Below, in pieces: positions 38,423-53,049 of a stretch of 64,000 bases of DNA (position 1 is its first letter; each line of letters starts with the position of its first letter). A model generated the notes under the pieces. That model did no database searches. It saw only the letters and a program-made list of their open reading frames with translations, and had not been told where the DNA came from. This DNA is from Sphagnum compactum (lineage: Eukaryota), in contig OZ234493.1 of NCBI GenBank assembly GCA_965153455.1, forward strand, positions 34,214,213-34,278,212, written 5' to 3'. The position numbers and the translations under genes are program-made.

Positions 38423-41400
38423 TTAGCTGACAGAGATAGATTTGGCCACAAATAATGCCTGGGCTGCTGCTGGACACAGCTCTCCAGAATCCCTGCAGTA
38501 GGACATCCACTGCCCCAAGTTATACATCTCCTATGTCCTCATGTACACACCAGTCTCCCCTTAGTTGCATGACAGTATTGATTTTTAAAACCAGCCTTGT
38601 ATGGAACCTTGAAAAACAAATAAGATGAAATGACTTACTTCATTAAATGCCGGAGGTTTCCAAAAGCCTCAAAAAGTGTTTTCTGAACACACCCAATGCT
38701 TGTGCTTGAGGAAGATTCACTCTGACCCTTCTCCAGCCGCTGTACTGCATCTATCTCCAAAAAAGCCTTCCAACCAATTCCAAAACCTCATCCCTTGTTA
38801 GATGGGCAGAACCAGCATATACATGACCTGGTAAAATGCTTTAATTAGAGCAGTAAAGGAAGCAAAGAAATCTAAAACAGCACTCCAAAGTAGAGACTTG
38901 CTTGTTACCTGGAAGGCATGAGCAAGCAGTAACTGCAGTTCATATGATCCAAAAGTTTTACAGACATTGGTGCTGTTTGTAGCACTGGCTATACAACCAA
39001 AAAGCTCTTGTGCAGTACTGATTGTCATTAGCTTCTCCCGCATTGACTGCAACATTGCACAGAACCCCAAACACTTTAGTGCACCATTGATCTCTCACAT
39101 TGTCAGCATTTCCAGCATGTAAGAAACCCAATGACTGTAAGCTCTGGAAATTAGAAAGTCACCCAACAGAAGAAAAAGAGATCAAAAGAAAGCTACATGC
39201 ACAACATCTGCTGCAAAAGTCATGAGTCTAAACACGTGCATGCTGTTTTGGGTCATATTCAGTTCAAGACAAAAACACTTCCAAAGAGAAAATCTGGTGC
39301 CAATCAATGATATTGATTGTTCTTGAGACGTGGAAAGAATTTGTTCCTCCTGAGTATCCCACAAATAATCAGCAATAAAGAGAATATAGTTAGAAAAAAG
39401 GGATGAATCCCCACCCACCTTAGGAGCATGTGTCACAAAATACTCGATGATGATTTTCAGCTTGTGCTGCTGATTTTCCAGCACCTATGCACCCCCAACT
39501 CCACACTGGTAAACTCCACTTACACAACCACCTTAGTCCTGAAGGGTTTTTCGGATAATAACATTTTGATGCATAGGATTATTCCACAGTGGAAAGAAAA
39601 TTGACATCATTTTGTTTGATGCCCAACTGCTGACAGAGTATTGGAGCACAATATAAGGAGATGCAGAACAAGAATACCAAGAGAAACACACCTGAAGAAA
39701 AGGTTCCAGTAGATGACTCTCATACTGTAAGAGACTCAACAGTTGGTCCACAAAGTGCTTCCTGTTTGGACACCAAATCTGGGTGTGAGAAACTAATATA
39801 TGAAAGAGCAGTAGAAGGGGGGCAGGCTGTTCAAAGGACAAAGAAATAGGTTACCAAACACAGCTTCTGTAACAGGGAAACGTACTGTTGGACTACTCTC
39901 TTTTGAATGTCCCAGTGAAGACACTTGCACTTCACTAGGATCACTGGATTTGGAAAGAAATATGCTGGTAGGCAGGAAGTTCTCACCCTGAACGTCCATT
40001 GGATCTTCTCTCGATCCGATCATCCAAAGCTTTGTATGTGTCCAGTTCCATCACCTGCAAGTTACATTGATAATGTAGCTTATATAAAGTTGTTGGGTGC
40101 ACAGAAGCTGCATGTAGTTCTTTGGGTGAGTGGAGTGGAGTCATACCATGAACAACACGGTATGAGCCAAATCGCTAAAATCACAATCCCTAATATAAGG
40201 ATTGGTTTGAATCACAATTTCAGTTGCTGCCAGTGGATCAGAGAAATGGTTCTCAAGTAAGTCCCCTTCCACCTTATCCCCAGTATTACTGTCCTCCACC
40301 TTGTCCCCCATGTCCTCCTCCTTGCACTCTGTTTCAGACTCCCATTCTTGTTCATCACTGGTTCTTGCAATAATATGCAGCAGGAATTTGAGTAAATTCT
40401 TAGTGTTCCCACGATATGGCCCCTGCTACAGAAGTCCATACATAAATCAGACCCCAACACAGAGGCAGAACAAAACAAAGAACTATACATCCATCCATGG
40501 GCATCCTACAGAAGATCCAAAATGAAGATCAAGGGGTAGTATGAGGACTGACCACCAAAAGACGTCGGATGAGTGAGTTCTGCACCAGATGAAAATTATT
40601 ACTAGGATTGGCTGCACACCCACAAAGTGATGATGCATATAATAAGCATCAAACTGTGGGTTAACTCCTCAAAGCTTCCAGCAATTGTTTTCCCATTGCA
40701 TGGCCAAAACCAAGTTCATCGGGTATTCAAATCTCTAGAAGAAAATGACAATCTACACTCAACCCCATGAAGAGACCTTATACTCAAGCACTGAAATCTG
40801 TTGAAAAGGCAAATGTAAACCCAAGAAAAATAAAGAATATCCTCTAGACTCTGGCATTTGTAACCACTACTTCCATATGATTCAGGGCTATGTCCAGTAT
40901 ATCATCTCAAACCAGAACAGATATACAGGCAAAGCATAGGACTTTTGAACCCTGTCAAAACCTGGTCCATTCAAAGTGAAAACCTTGTAACCAACAGAAT
41001 CCAAATATCACTCTACAGGATTTATGCCCAAGGATTTGGCCTATTTCCTAGCATCACTTCCTGATTCTGGCAGAAAGGTTTAAGGATTGTGGGTTGATCT
41101 TGCACTGTCAACAGAAAGGGTTGACTTGTAACAGAGACACTGGTTGAAAAAGGGAGCTATTATCAGGATTTCCTCCTTGTGCAAATTTCAGTCCTTTGAG
41201 GTTCAAGTGATTGTTCTGACCTTGGAAAGCTTGTGCCCGTATCTGCGCATCTGATTTGAGAAGACTAGCCAACCATTGCAACATAAGAAACTGCAAAAGT
41301 CTCTGCATCGACAATAAAGGGAAGAGACATTTTTCTCGAAATATTAGAAACTTGACATAAAACTGTTTGCACTGGCTTGTTGAAAATAACAGACTTGGAT

Positions 41401-44187
41401 AGACATACAACACAGGGGTATCCATCTAGCTCTATATGCATAGGTACAAGTGACCCATACAAATGCTTGTCTTGTTATCTTTGTATACAGGAGCACAACA
41501 AACAGAAGCTTCTGAAAATTTTCAGTTGGAAATGTACTCTCATTTGCATAATGGTTGAATCACTTGTATCACAGTTACTGGAATTCAAGGATGACTTACT
41601 AGATAAGGGTCCTGCTCCTTCCTTGAGTTGACTATTTTTGTCTGAGGAGTTTTGCACCATTCATCATACCCAAGTTGCTCTTCAATACACTCCAGGAGAA
41701 CATATAGATCCTACACATCATTGCAACTAAATTACCTATGACAATTCAAAGGGAAGTCACTTGAACCTCTCAGATGAGACTACTGCACTCCACACACTTG
41801 AATAATTTGGACACTGGACCAAGCAGTAATATGTCAGAACTGAAAGAGACCTAAAGCCTAAAGCCTAAATCCAAGCATGTAGAGGCAGAACTATAAGTGT
41901 TTCACCTTGTTGTCACAATCACTTCAGGATCTTGTCAACTATACATCCTAAGCAGTGATCGGCCCTGTCTTTTAAGTGGAAAAGGGCATATGACTCTGGT
42001 GGGTTTAGGATTTAAGGTTTAGGATAGTCCTCACAAAACTGAACAAGGTTAATTTGCACGGTCAGATATGAGAATAGGTATTTCTGGTTCTATCAACAGA
42101 TATCTTCTGGGCTGCACTTTCCTCAATGTTAACATTGGAAAAACCACATGGACAATTCTCTGAGTGACCAACTCACTGTGGGAACTCTTGGAGGTGCACC
42201 CTCTGGTGCACCTGAGGGCTGAGAAACTTGGAAAGTATGATCAAACGGTGACCAAATATCCTGCCACAAGATCCATTCAAAAACATTCCCTAGGGTATAT
42301 CAATCTGCTGAAGTTGATGCAACTCAGAAGCACAGAGTGTCTTAAAAAAAATCTGCAAATGCAACTGTCTGATCTCTTTAACAACCATGTCTTGGGATGT
42401 AAGGCAAGCAGCAAATGGTCTTGGTTTCCCCATTTCCCCTGAATCCATTTTCCGATCTCCAAGTGTGCAGAAAATTTTAAACAGCCCAAAAAGAAGGAAA
42501 ATGTACCTTGGTTACAATGAACTCATACTCCAGATCTTTGTCTGACTTCCCTTTGACTGTCCGTAGAGTTGCTTGTGGATGACGCTGTTGTGAGAAAACA
42601 ATTGGCACAAAGTTTAATTTGCAATGTCAGGATAGCAAGAGAGTGATTAAATTAAAAACCTGCCACTACAAAGACTTTTAATATCAGACACAACTGTACT
42701 GTCACACTAACCTTGTAATTACTGATGCAAACATTACTGCAAGGCAATGAACTAAACCCAAGACATGACAACAAAGGTCCACTGCTCTGAGGGCAGATCG
42801 GTATGACATGGGATAGGATAGAAGGTTGTAGCCGGGGGCAGCTTTGAGTGTAGAAAATTAACCAGATCAAGATCATGGAGAAGCTGGAAGCTGGCAACCG
42901 TAAGCTCCACAGATTTGGATTCTTGAATGCCCTTCAAGATGGCATCATAGATTTCCCTGTGACCGGCCACACCCTGATGATTCAGTACACCTGATGTATA
43001 CACAAAAAATAGCATATTTGAAACTCAAGAAATTTCCAGCTGTGGCTTTAGAAGTGAATTTATCTTCTAGTAGGATTAACTCACAAAATGAATAGGTCAG
43101 AGAGAAATTGTTTGAGAAATTTTTGGTTTGTAGCAAATAGAAATCAAACTGTAGTGATAAAAGTAGGGAACTGACTGACTGACTTTGGTGGGACTCTGGC
43201 AACAGCAGGTGTGATTGAAACCGCACGAATTGTCTCCAAAAAAGTATGCTCTGTTTTGAACCATGTACACAGAGACAGAAACAAACCTCCTCTTCTGAGA
43301 CGCAGCAGAATATTGGCATTCAAGAAAAATACAGAGTCAAACAAGGACATTGTTAACCCAGATGTTCACAACAAATGCCACAAGCTCAAAGTTTTGACTA
43401 GCAAAAGATTTATATCCTTGAAAAACTCAGATTTTGTATGAAAGCATACATACGTTCATCATCAGCATGGGACCGATTCTTGAATCCATGGGTATCTGCA
43501 ATGGCTAACAAATTGTGTACAAGTGTGGGCTCCATTTGCTTCCGCCGCTTTAAAAGCTCTGGACCTGATCTTGACAACGATGATTTACATCCCATGGTTT
43601 TGCCCAACGCTGCTTCCCCTTGTGCTGTAAAATGCTGCAAGAAAAGGGTAGGGTTTAGGGTTTAGGGTCACTATCAAGACATGCACAATTGTACCTCAAA
43701 CCTACAATTATATCCCACGTTTCTTGCAATAACCCATTACAAGAAATTATAATTATAAGAAACAAAGCTCAGGATTAGCAAGTACAATTGCAAAAACCCA
43801 TTACAAGAGATGATGAAAGAAACACAGATCAAGGTTGGCAAATACCGCAGGTGCAAGCTGCCGAGCTGCAGCATTCCGTGTAATACGCTGTACAAGAAAA
43901 CAAACACACACAAACACTATCACACAAGTAAAGCAAATTTCCACAACAAAGAAAAAAAAAAATGGAAATAGCGAAGATCAAGAACAAGAACTCCCACAAT
44001 CTCTCCAACCTAAACCCTGTCTGGCTGTCTGTCTGTCTGTTTTGAGCAAATGCGCGAGATAATAGAATTGCATTGCGACAAGGACGAAGTGGAAGGAAGA
44101 AAGCGAGCATACAGCTGAAGGCGCCACCGCCGCGGCTGCTGCTTCTTCTTCTTCTTCTGTGGCGATTTTACTCCTCTTCTTCGCCAT
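38423..44187 (-). CDS. SNI1: SNI1 / NSE6-like subunit of the SMC5/6 complex, 16 exons, about 549 aa
   Basis: Hand-spliced, phase-consistent GT-AG exons: 44187-44113, 43634-43454, 43250-43184, 42956-42863, 42584-42507, 42260-42177, 41710-41600, 41302-41221, 40611-40553, 40425-40147, 40054-39987, 39761-39692, 39484-39419, 39046-38909, 38766-38639, 38492-38423 (1650 nt, open). The peptides LVHNLLAIADTHG, FLETIRAVS, VELTVASFQLLHDLD, DIWSPF, VMELD, KLKIIIEYF, LQLLLAHAFQ and AQALFVA match, in order, remembered Arabidopsis SNI1 segments (LEANTLAMIDSTG, YLEAVRAAS, LELITASFQLL, AWSPF, IMELD, KLEIVLQY, VQILIGHAF, KEVLFTA). Confidence 0.85.
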
Positions 44188-47100
44188 TCTGCGGCTTTCC
44201 CTCCCCTCTCGCCCTCCGCTACTCCTTGGCCCCTCTGCAAACCGACCCGCGTTTTCTTGGCCTTTTGAAAGAAGAAGAAGAAGAAGAAGAAGAAACACCA
44301 GGATAAAAGAACGAACCGCCGGGTCCATCTATTTGTACGAAGAACAAGCGGAGAAAAAACCCGCCGGATCCCTTGTATTTTAGTGCCATCGGAATCAAAG
44401 AACCGCGGGTTCCGGGTATTTTTTACCTCATCAGATTCCGGATCCGGTTAGTTGGGACAACAAATGGAAAATCAAAGAAAATATAATTTTAAAAATTTAT
44501 TAGAACCCTGAAATATATGTTAGAACTAGGGCTTTTTTTTTTTTTAAGAAAATAATAATCAAAGTTATATATCAGATCTGGGTTTTTTTTTGGGGGGGGA
44601 AGAATCACGGTTATCAGCTCTAAGAACCGCCCTCATATTCAACAGGGGGTCTGATGCAGTTTCTAATAACCGTGGGTCTTTGAAATCGGGTGCTGGGCGG
44701 TTCTTAGAAACAAAGGAAAACTCCCTTTACACCAATCAGAGGGTTTGTTTTTTTTTTCCAATTTTTATGAGGTTGAAAATTTGGCAAATTTTGTCGTGAA
44801 AAAAGAGCAAATTTAGCCAAAATTATATATATTGGAAAAAACATATTTCTCCACCAGAATTTGCCCAAAAAAAATTTGCCAAGATGCAAAAATTACCCCC
44901 CCCCCCCCCCCCCAAAAAAACCCCCATTAATACCATTAATAATATTTTGTACCCAAATAGCCAAAATAATTTCAAGAAACCACCAAATGTTCCAATTCAA
45001 ATATTAAAACAAAGTAGCCCCCATTTTTACCAAAATGGCATTTCAAAAAATCTTCATATGTTCCAATTTATATTAAAATAAAGTGCCAAAATAGATCAAT
45101 TCTACCAAAAATGCCCAAGACATTTTCAAAAAATCATCAAACCATCCAATAATACCCTAGTACCTAGGCCGGTATGGCAACAAGGTGTTTAATAATTAAT
45201 TATTTTTGTTAGTTAGGTTTCAAAGTAGTAGTAGTAATAATAATAATAATAATGTACAATTGGAAAATATATTAAATAACGAAGCTATTGTGCTTGAAAG
45301 CTTCAATTTAGATTTTCCATTGCTATTTTTTCTCTTGGTTTGTTTGCTTGTTGGTTGTGAGCAAAATGCATTTTAATTCTCAATGACGCTTGATGTGTCA
45401 TGTTTTTCTCTCTTTGGATGCATTTTCAGTGGTGGTATTATTTTTGCACTATTGTTGTTTTGATGGTTGTTATTCAAGGATAGGAGCTTGAGTTGGGGAT
45501 AAAAAGGTGAAGTAGTCCATTGACGAAAGCAAAACTAAAGTATCTAAACAAGTTTTTGTTGAATTTAATGATTTGTAGTGTTGAAATGATTTGAAATTAA
45601 CTTCTCATGCTTACGGTTTGGAAACAAATTTTGTTTGTGAAGGATTGTGTTCTAGAGAAGTTAAGTAGAACTTCACTACATCATGAGCGTTTTTGGAAAA
45701 AATGCAATTTTGATAGAAGAAATAGGGGTTGATGACCAAGATGGTGATGATGAACCTAAGGGATTTCAAGAGTGGTTACAAAACATTTTGTATTGTTGTT
45801 TGTAGGAGCCACTTGATTGATTATTGTTTTGCAATTCGTTGTTTAAAGAGAGGATACCCAAACTACTAGGAACTCCAAGAAAATATCTCGTTCTTTTAAC
45901 AAATTGTGTTGTTTTGGGGGAAGCTTGTTTAGGGTTTAAGAGCATAATGTCTTTTTTGTCAAACTTTCTAAGTTAATTTGTGTGGAAAGTTGCATGTGGA
46001 AATTTTCTATGTTGGGTATCGTCATGTGTGTGGGCCAAACCAAGTAGGGTGTTATATCTATGGGCACTAAAATCATTATGGTTTATGACCAAAGGTTTGT
46101 TGTGTACGAGGTTTGGCCATTCTGTGTTATCTTCTGGGAGTAAAGGTTTTTAGTATGGGAATGTGGGAGTCTATGACAAATGAGAAAGTTATGAGTAACA
46201 TGTTGAGTTCACGAGAATGAGGTCGGAGCATTTTGATTCCTAGAGACCCATAGAACTAAGTGCATTGTTCCAACAGCGAGTACTTGGATATATAACATGT
46301 GATGTGCATGTTGATAGTAATATTTTCTTAACTTTGAACTTGTCAAATTTTTATTTCATTAATGTTCCATTAACCATGAAGAAAATGTGTGACCCCCTTG
46401 TTTTTCATTAAAATTCTCCAAAATGGATGTGGTAAACAATTTAAATTTGGTGTCAAGGGGAGTTATGTTTTAAGAACCTCACAATAAGAGATGACATCAT
46501 TCAACTCATCATTTTTTTTCATGCGTATCCTATGCATTTGAATTTCCCCTATATCACTATCATCATAATTGTGATGGTGATGTTGTGATCATCTTATCAT
46601 CCACCTGTCTCAGTGATCCTTTTCATTTGCCCATGTTCGCCTTAACACATGTTAGGGTAATGGGTTCTATAACCACTTGATTGCCATCACGTGGATTTCC
46701 AACTCGTGTATATGACATTTGCATCTAGTTAAATCCTCTTTTCATCATTCATGAACATTTGAATATTTAGAAACGCAATTTTGCAAAATAGGCCTTTGTA
46801 TCATGGATTTTTTTGGGAGAAAACTCACCATTTGCTATTAAGAAAAGTCCCAAGAAACATGTTTAAAAAAAATTTGTTGGAAATTTTTCAAAAACAAGTC
46901 ACGTCTTGAAGAAAAAAATTATGAAATTGTCAAGATTTTTAGAAGATTTGCATAGATTTCTAGTTTTTTTCTTTTGATATCATCATATTTAGTTAATAAG
47001 TTCTATGGTTTGCTAACATGTAATAGGATTCCTACTTCTTTATTTTTCTTGTAGCCATATTTGCTTGTGGCTAATCATCACTTTTGGTACAACTTGAGTT

Positions 47101-49554
47101 TTTTTTTTTTTTTAACCATTACATTATACACATCATTATTTAAATGTGTCACATGGTCCACATCTAATCTAGCCATAAACTTCATTGCCCCATCCTTGTT
47201 TCACAACCCTTTAAACAAATGTTATAATATTAAGAATTCCAATGGATTTTCTTTCATTTGCTTTATCATTTATTGAACATTCTTTCCCAAAATATCTTGG
47301 TCATGCAAATTTGTTTCGTAGGTTAAACAATGTCCAAATGACCTTTGGGATCTTAATTCATTGTTTTGTGCAACATTCATTATATTTGTTATCATGTTTC
47401 ACCTTTCTTTTAAATTCTTGTAGTGTTTTTCATCACTTGACCTATGTATTTCCCAAGTCCATATTATTTTGATAGCCCAAATAGGATTTTAATTCATAAG
47501 CAAACCTCTTGCTTTATACGCTATGAAAGCATTATGCTCATTTCGGTAGCTATGATTGCTCCAATTCAACCTATTTAAGGAATTGGGCCAAGCTTTAACC
47601 ATAGTTTTTAGGTTTTTGTCACAATCCTTATTTTTGAAATTGTGATAAAGGCATGAAAAAAACTAAGCCAATTAAAAAACAAACAATTTTGCCATGAGAG
47701 GTTGTAACCTAAAATATCATTTGAATGAAATATTACAAGAACATCCAATGTAAATATTCAAATTATTATGAACTCAATTAAATGTGTTAAAACGTTTTTG
47801 TTAACTTCATGAAGAACATCACATTTTTTATTTTGCAAATGTAGGTTATTTTTTTGATGGGGTTTTGATTATGCACAATTCAAAACTGGATATCTAAATG
47901 TTCACACTAGACTATAACTTATTTAAGGATTTAGCGAATTTGAAATAGTGTAGTGTATTTTTTTGTTGTATTTTGGGTTTTGGGTTTTGAATGAATGGTG
48001 GTTGTCATTTTGTTGTTGTTGTGATTATTGGGTTTAAGTGCCCGAAAAGTATTTAGATTTTGTTTCCATTTTGTGCCTACTAAATGTATAAAGTTTTTGC
48101 ACACAATCTTCAAAAAAAAAAAAAAAAAAAACTTGGGCCACAAGGAGCCCTTTGCATTTGACAACCAATAAGTGCCAAGGTGCGCAATAAATACTAAAAC
48201 ATTTAGTGACAATACATGATGAAACCATTTGGGGTCACCAAATGGAAAATGCAACATGTACAGACACATTACATTTTACAAAATTGAAAAACATTAATGG
48301 TTTCTTATTATATATTAAAAGTGTGTTTGGTTGTTTGAATGTAATATAAATTGGTTCAAGAAAATCTAACCAATATGTTTTTGTTACATCAAATTTTCAA
48401 GGACATTTGCCCATATGTAGCCTAGTTGAAATTTGATGTTTGTGATGCTTCCATTGAATTCTGATGTTTCCATTGAATTTTTTCATGAAATCTAAGTTTT
48501 ATTTTTATTTTTCCCTTGCATGTTTATTGTCTTCATGATGGCAACATTAAAATCACACAAAATGATGATTAGACAAGGTTTGGTGAACATTGGATTATTG
48601 TTTGAAAATTATTCAAGAATGTGCACACTAAACATAAATGAACCATGACACATATACAAAATACATATTATTTTTCAAGCATTAATATTAAAAGTTGTTG
48701 CTTTGTATTCTAAATCATTAATGGTTATTGTATTGAAAAAATCCAAGTGCATTTGTATGTCATAGATCATGATTAACCCATGACCATCATGAATTGAAAT
48801 ATATGAATATGTTGATGAGTTTAAAATTTGTGCAAATCAGTTCATGCATGGTGTATTCTTGTTTCCATAAGATATTAGATGTGAAACATTTGAAGATTAT
48901 GGTCCTGTTTAAAGTTTTCATAATGTTAGAATTGTATCCAAGGTTTGTATAATTACATGAAAATGATTTTTTAAAATTAATGAATGAATGGTATCCAAGT
49001 CACATTTGTTTTTAATCTTTTCATTTTTATATATACTCTTGAATTCACATAGAAGTTTTCATGTTGAAAATGAGACAATAAATATTTTTTTCTGATTTCA
49101 AATGTGGGGTAGATTATATATGTTAGATTGTGTTTTTAAACATTAGTAGAATAAAAAGTCAATTCATCTAGTGACAATCCTTTTGAACAATGGATGGTTC
49201 TTGTTGCTACAAGTTGAATTGAAAATTAAATCCTTGTTATGATAAATGATTGCATTGAAAGAAATTATAATTTTTTAAACCATAAAATTCTATCTAAAAG
49301 GTCACATTTTGCACATTTACTAACTTGATTAGTTAGTTATTTTGGACAAGTTCATTAAAAAACATTAAATTTGACTATTGGTCAAATTGACAATGTGTCC
49401 AGATTGACCCAATGGTCTTCTTGATCAATAATCATTTTGACTTGGATGGTTTTTTGACCAACAATTACATTTGTCTTGTAAATTTAGTAATCAATTCATG
49501 CAACTATACGGAAACATTGTACACCATCCCAATTGACATCCATTTGCCATGTGT

Positions 49555-49830
49555 CATCTAGGTTAGGGTTAGAACTAAATAGCCTAAACTAAGTTAAGCC
49601 ACATGGCACCAAAACATAAGCCACCTAAAAAGATGTTAAATTAAGCCACATGGCATGTACGTAGGCCACATAAACCTAGACCACTTAAACATATGCTAAA
49701 CTAGGCCATAAGGCATGTACATAGGTCACTTAGACATAGGTTAGGTTAGGCCACGTGGCATCTAGACATAAACCACCTAAGCTAGGCCTAACACTAAATA
49801 GTCTAGTCTAGGCATAAACCTACGTCATGT
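49555..49830. repeat. Degenerate short tandem array built on (T)AAGCCACATGGCA / GCCACGTGGCA
   Basis: Repeated 'gccacatggca', 'acataagccacctaa' and 'ctaaactagg' units. Confidence 0.6.
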
Positions 49831-50249
49831 GGGACTTATGTAAAAATTTCCATGGGTTTTAAAACATGCATGTAATGGTTATTAACCAAAATTAAACCCT
49901 TTACAACCGTTCCAAAAGAGTTCCACAATGTTTCAATCCCATGTATGTGATCAAACAAATAACCTTAATCAAATCCTTCTTTTTTTTTCATTTTTTGAAT
50001 TTGATGGTAGTAATCTATTTACTTTATTTTTTCATTTAATTGAAATCTATTTAATTATTTTTTTATTCAATACATTTTCAAAAAATATTTTTTGGTTGCT
50101 AATAAACAAACATGGGATTACACCAAAAGAAAAAAATGCAAAAAGAAATTTAACTTTTTACAAACATTTCAAAACTTTGAAAAATGAATAGAGCACCAAC
50201 AAATGTTTTTTTAAAAAATATCCACAACAAAACCAAACAAATGAAAAAA

Positions 50250-51060
50250 ACATCAAATAGTCGTTAACATTTGTTCTGCACATATGGGAAGAAAATCATT
50301 GGTTGGCCATTCAATGCTTTTTTTTGAACATGAAACAAAGAACAATTTCAAACTCAAAAGAACAAACAACATCAAGTGGTCACCCAATGTTTTTTTCTTG
50401 AATGAAGCATTTAAAAAAACTTATTAAAAAATTGTAAAAAATAAAAATAGTATGAGGTGGCCACCTAATACTCTATCTTCCACATTGGGGGAAAAAATTA
50501 TAAATGGTCATTCGATTTTTTTCCACAATCATTGAAAAAAAATAAATTTAAATGATGTTGGGTGACTTCTTAGTGTTATGCTTTCTACATTCAGTGGCAA
50601 AAAATATTGGGTGGCCACATGATATTCTAAAATGATCAATTAAAGAAAAAAAACTAAATAAAAAATAAGTATTGAATGGTCATTTGATTTTTTTCCTCCA
50701 CATTCAAGAAAAAAATATCAACTACTCAAAGTATTAAGTGATTGCTCGATATTTTCTTCCACAAACAACCCAAAAAGAACTTTGAAAATAGTATTAAACA
50801 ATTATTTAATGCTTTGTCCTCCACATTTGGGAAGAGAATATTAAGTGACCACCTAATGTTTTGTCCTCCATGTTTGGGGGAAAGTATGGGAATTGCTTGA
50901 TACTTTTCCCCAAAAGGACCAAAAAACAAAAAAAAAACTCGAAAAATAAAATGTGCAAGATGAAACCATTGGACACCCAACTAATATTATTTCCCTAACT
51001 TTCAATTTTCTTTTTGGGGTCATTTGTGGAAAATTGTATTGAACGACCCAATACTTTCAA
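50250..51060. repeat. Degenerate tandem array (GGTGGCCACCTAATGTTTT...CCTCCACATT..GGAAAAAATATT), probably the interior of a decayed transposon
   Basis: The motif recurs roughly every 50-120 bp, for example near 50375, 50457, 50609, 50676 and 50845. Confidence 0.55.
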
Positions 51061-53049
51061 GGAATTCAAATTAAAAATTTGTTAAACTTAATTTTGGGTT
51101 TTGGTTTTAGTAAAAGATTCTTGAACGTAAACAATCATTGTGTTAAAAGTAGTCAATTTTAAAAAAGACTATGATAGAAGACTTTTTTAATAAAGAAAAC
51201 TTGATGGTAAAAAAATTTAGATGACAATAACCTATTACCCAGATTCAAAAAAATTCACAATTCAAAAATTATGAAATCCAAAGTATGTTTCAAAATCTTA
51301 AAATTTCAAGAATATTTTGTCACATGTAAATAGGGTGTAATGTACATGACATTAAAAAAAACTTTGTAGCTTATGATGCAAGAAACTAAAACCTTAAATA
51401 ATTAACATATTTTGGTATAAATCAAAATTATGCTAAATTTTCAATACAAAACAAAAGTTTTGAAAAAAATTGTGCATTTTGAAAAATTCATATTTATTAA
51501 AAAATGACTAACACAAAGAATGTGATATATTGGGGCAATTATTTGTATATCTAACAACAAGTTGTAAAAAAATTCATTCAAAAAACATTTCATATGAAAA
51601 ATTGAAAAAAACTAAAACAAAAACTCACAATCCTTTATAAAATAATCCCAATTGGCTCTTACAATTGTATTTTCACCCTTTGAGGACAAATTTAAAAAAT
51701 TTATAAACATAAAAATAATAACATAAAATAAAAAAAAGAACAATGTGTATCTTGAAATTAGAAATACGAAATGTTCATTTAAGTAGAACTGATGGTAATT
51801 TAAATGTGGACAATGCATATGGGAAAAAATGTGGTGATATGAGGAACAATTTGAAAAATGCATCATATAGAATTAATTTGAATTATTTTTTGCATTGGAT
51901 TGAATTGCACTTACTCTTACCTAAGTCTTATCCATTTAGCCTCCTTTTTATTCTCCGCTTCCTATATCCACTCAAAACGAGTTCCCTTGATGCCTCTATC
52001 CCAAGTTTGGTATAGAGCTAACAAAAAAGACATTGGCTTCAAGTGGATGATGTTAAACTCATGGAAAGAATGAACTTGCTTCAAAGGCTTATGCCTAATA
52101 GAAATGCTCATACTACATGCTTTCCCCAAGGCCCTACACAAAAGAAATCAATCAAACCTACTTTGCTTGTTATGCCTTATCACCCCACCTAACATATCCT
52201 CAACTTGGAACCCAAAGACCAAATGTCTGAATAGCTCATCCAATGGGTCCTATGCTAACCAAGTAGAAGAGATCTTTTGTATTCCTTTTTGGAAGATGAT
52301 AATAAATCATGAGGATAATCATGGTCTCAAAAGACATTAGATGGAATGTTTCGCAAGTTAAACCTCATTCAATTATCAACTCCGATTTGTTGGTAAGACC
52401 CATCTAACATTTTCTTGAGCTTTTAACACCACGAGAAAACGTGCATGTATGTATGTGTATGAAGTCAAGAGAGTTGGATGTTTATGTTGTGTGTAGAGCA
52501 TGATAACCCATGGAGATGTGTTTAGCTTTTTTACATGTGGGGTTTGTGTTTTGAGAGTGAATGCTTGATTTGAAGGGAAACAATTTAAACAAAGTGAACC
52601 ATTGGGATTTGAAGAACCTTAAGGTCTAATTTGTGGCAACAAAAGTTCTAGAGGGGCAAGGTGAGAAAAGTTTCCTCTTGGTATTTAGACTTTTTTGGGT
52701 ATGAAGTATGGATGTGTGACCAAGTTTAGAGCCATTTGCAAAAACGAACATTTAGAGAAGTCCCTTCAAAAAAATTACATTCATCATTTGATGTAATTCA
52801 TTGTTTCCGAGTTTGGCATCGATATTACTCACAAAAAAACGCAAGTCTAGGTGGAATGGGCCAAGTGCCTTGACCCTCATCATTGTTCCTTGACCAAAAT
52901 CTAATTGGAAAGTTGCATATTCTCTGTCCTCCAAATACACTAAGAAATCTCTCAGAAATATGTGTATGAGCTTATGTGCTCATGGTGGATTTGCTTCAGA
53001 AAAACAGCCAATAAAAAATGTTCACTTACATTGTGAAATACTTTGCAAT

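Noticed and set aside
38639..41710. SNI1 as a frameshifted pseudogene
   Set aside because: The apparent frameshifts vanish when the GTAAGT donor at 41599 and the AAG acceptor at 38767 are used.
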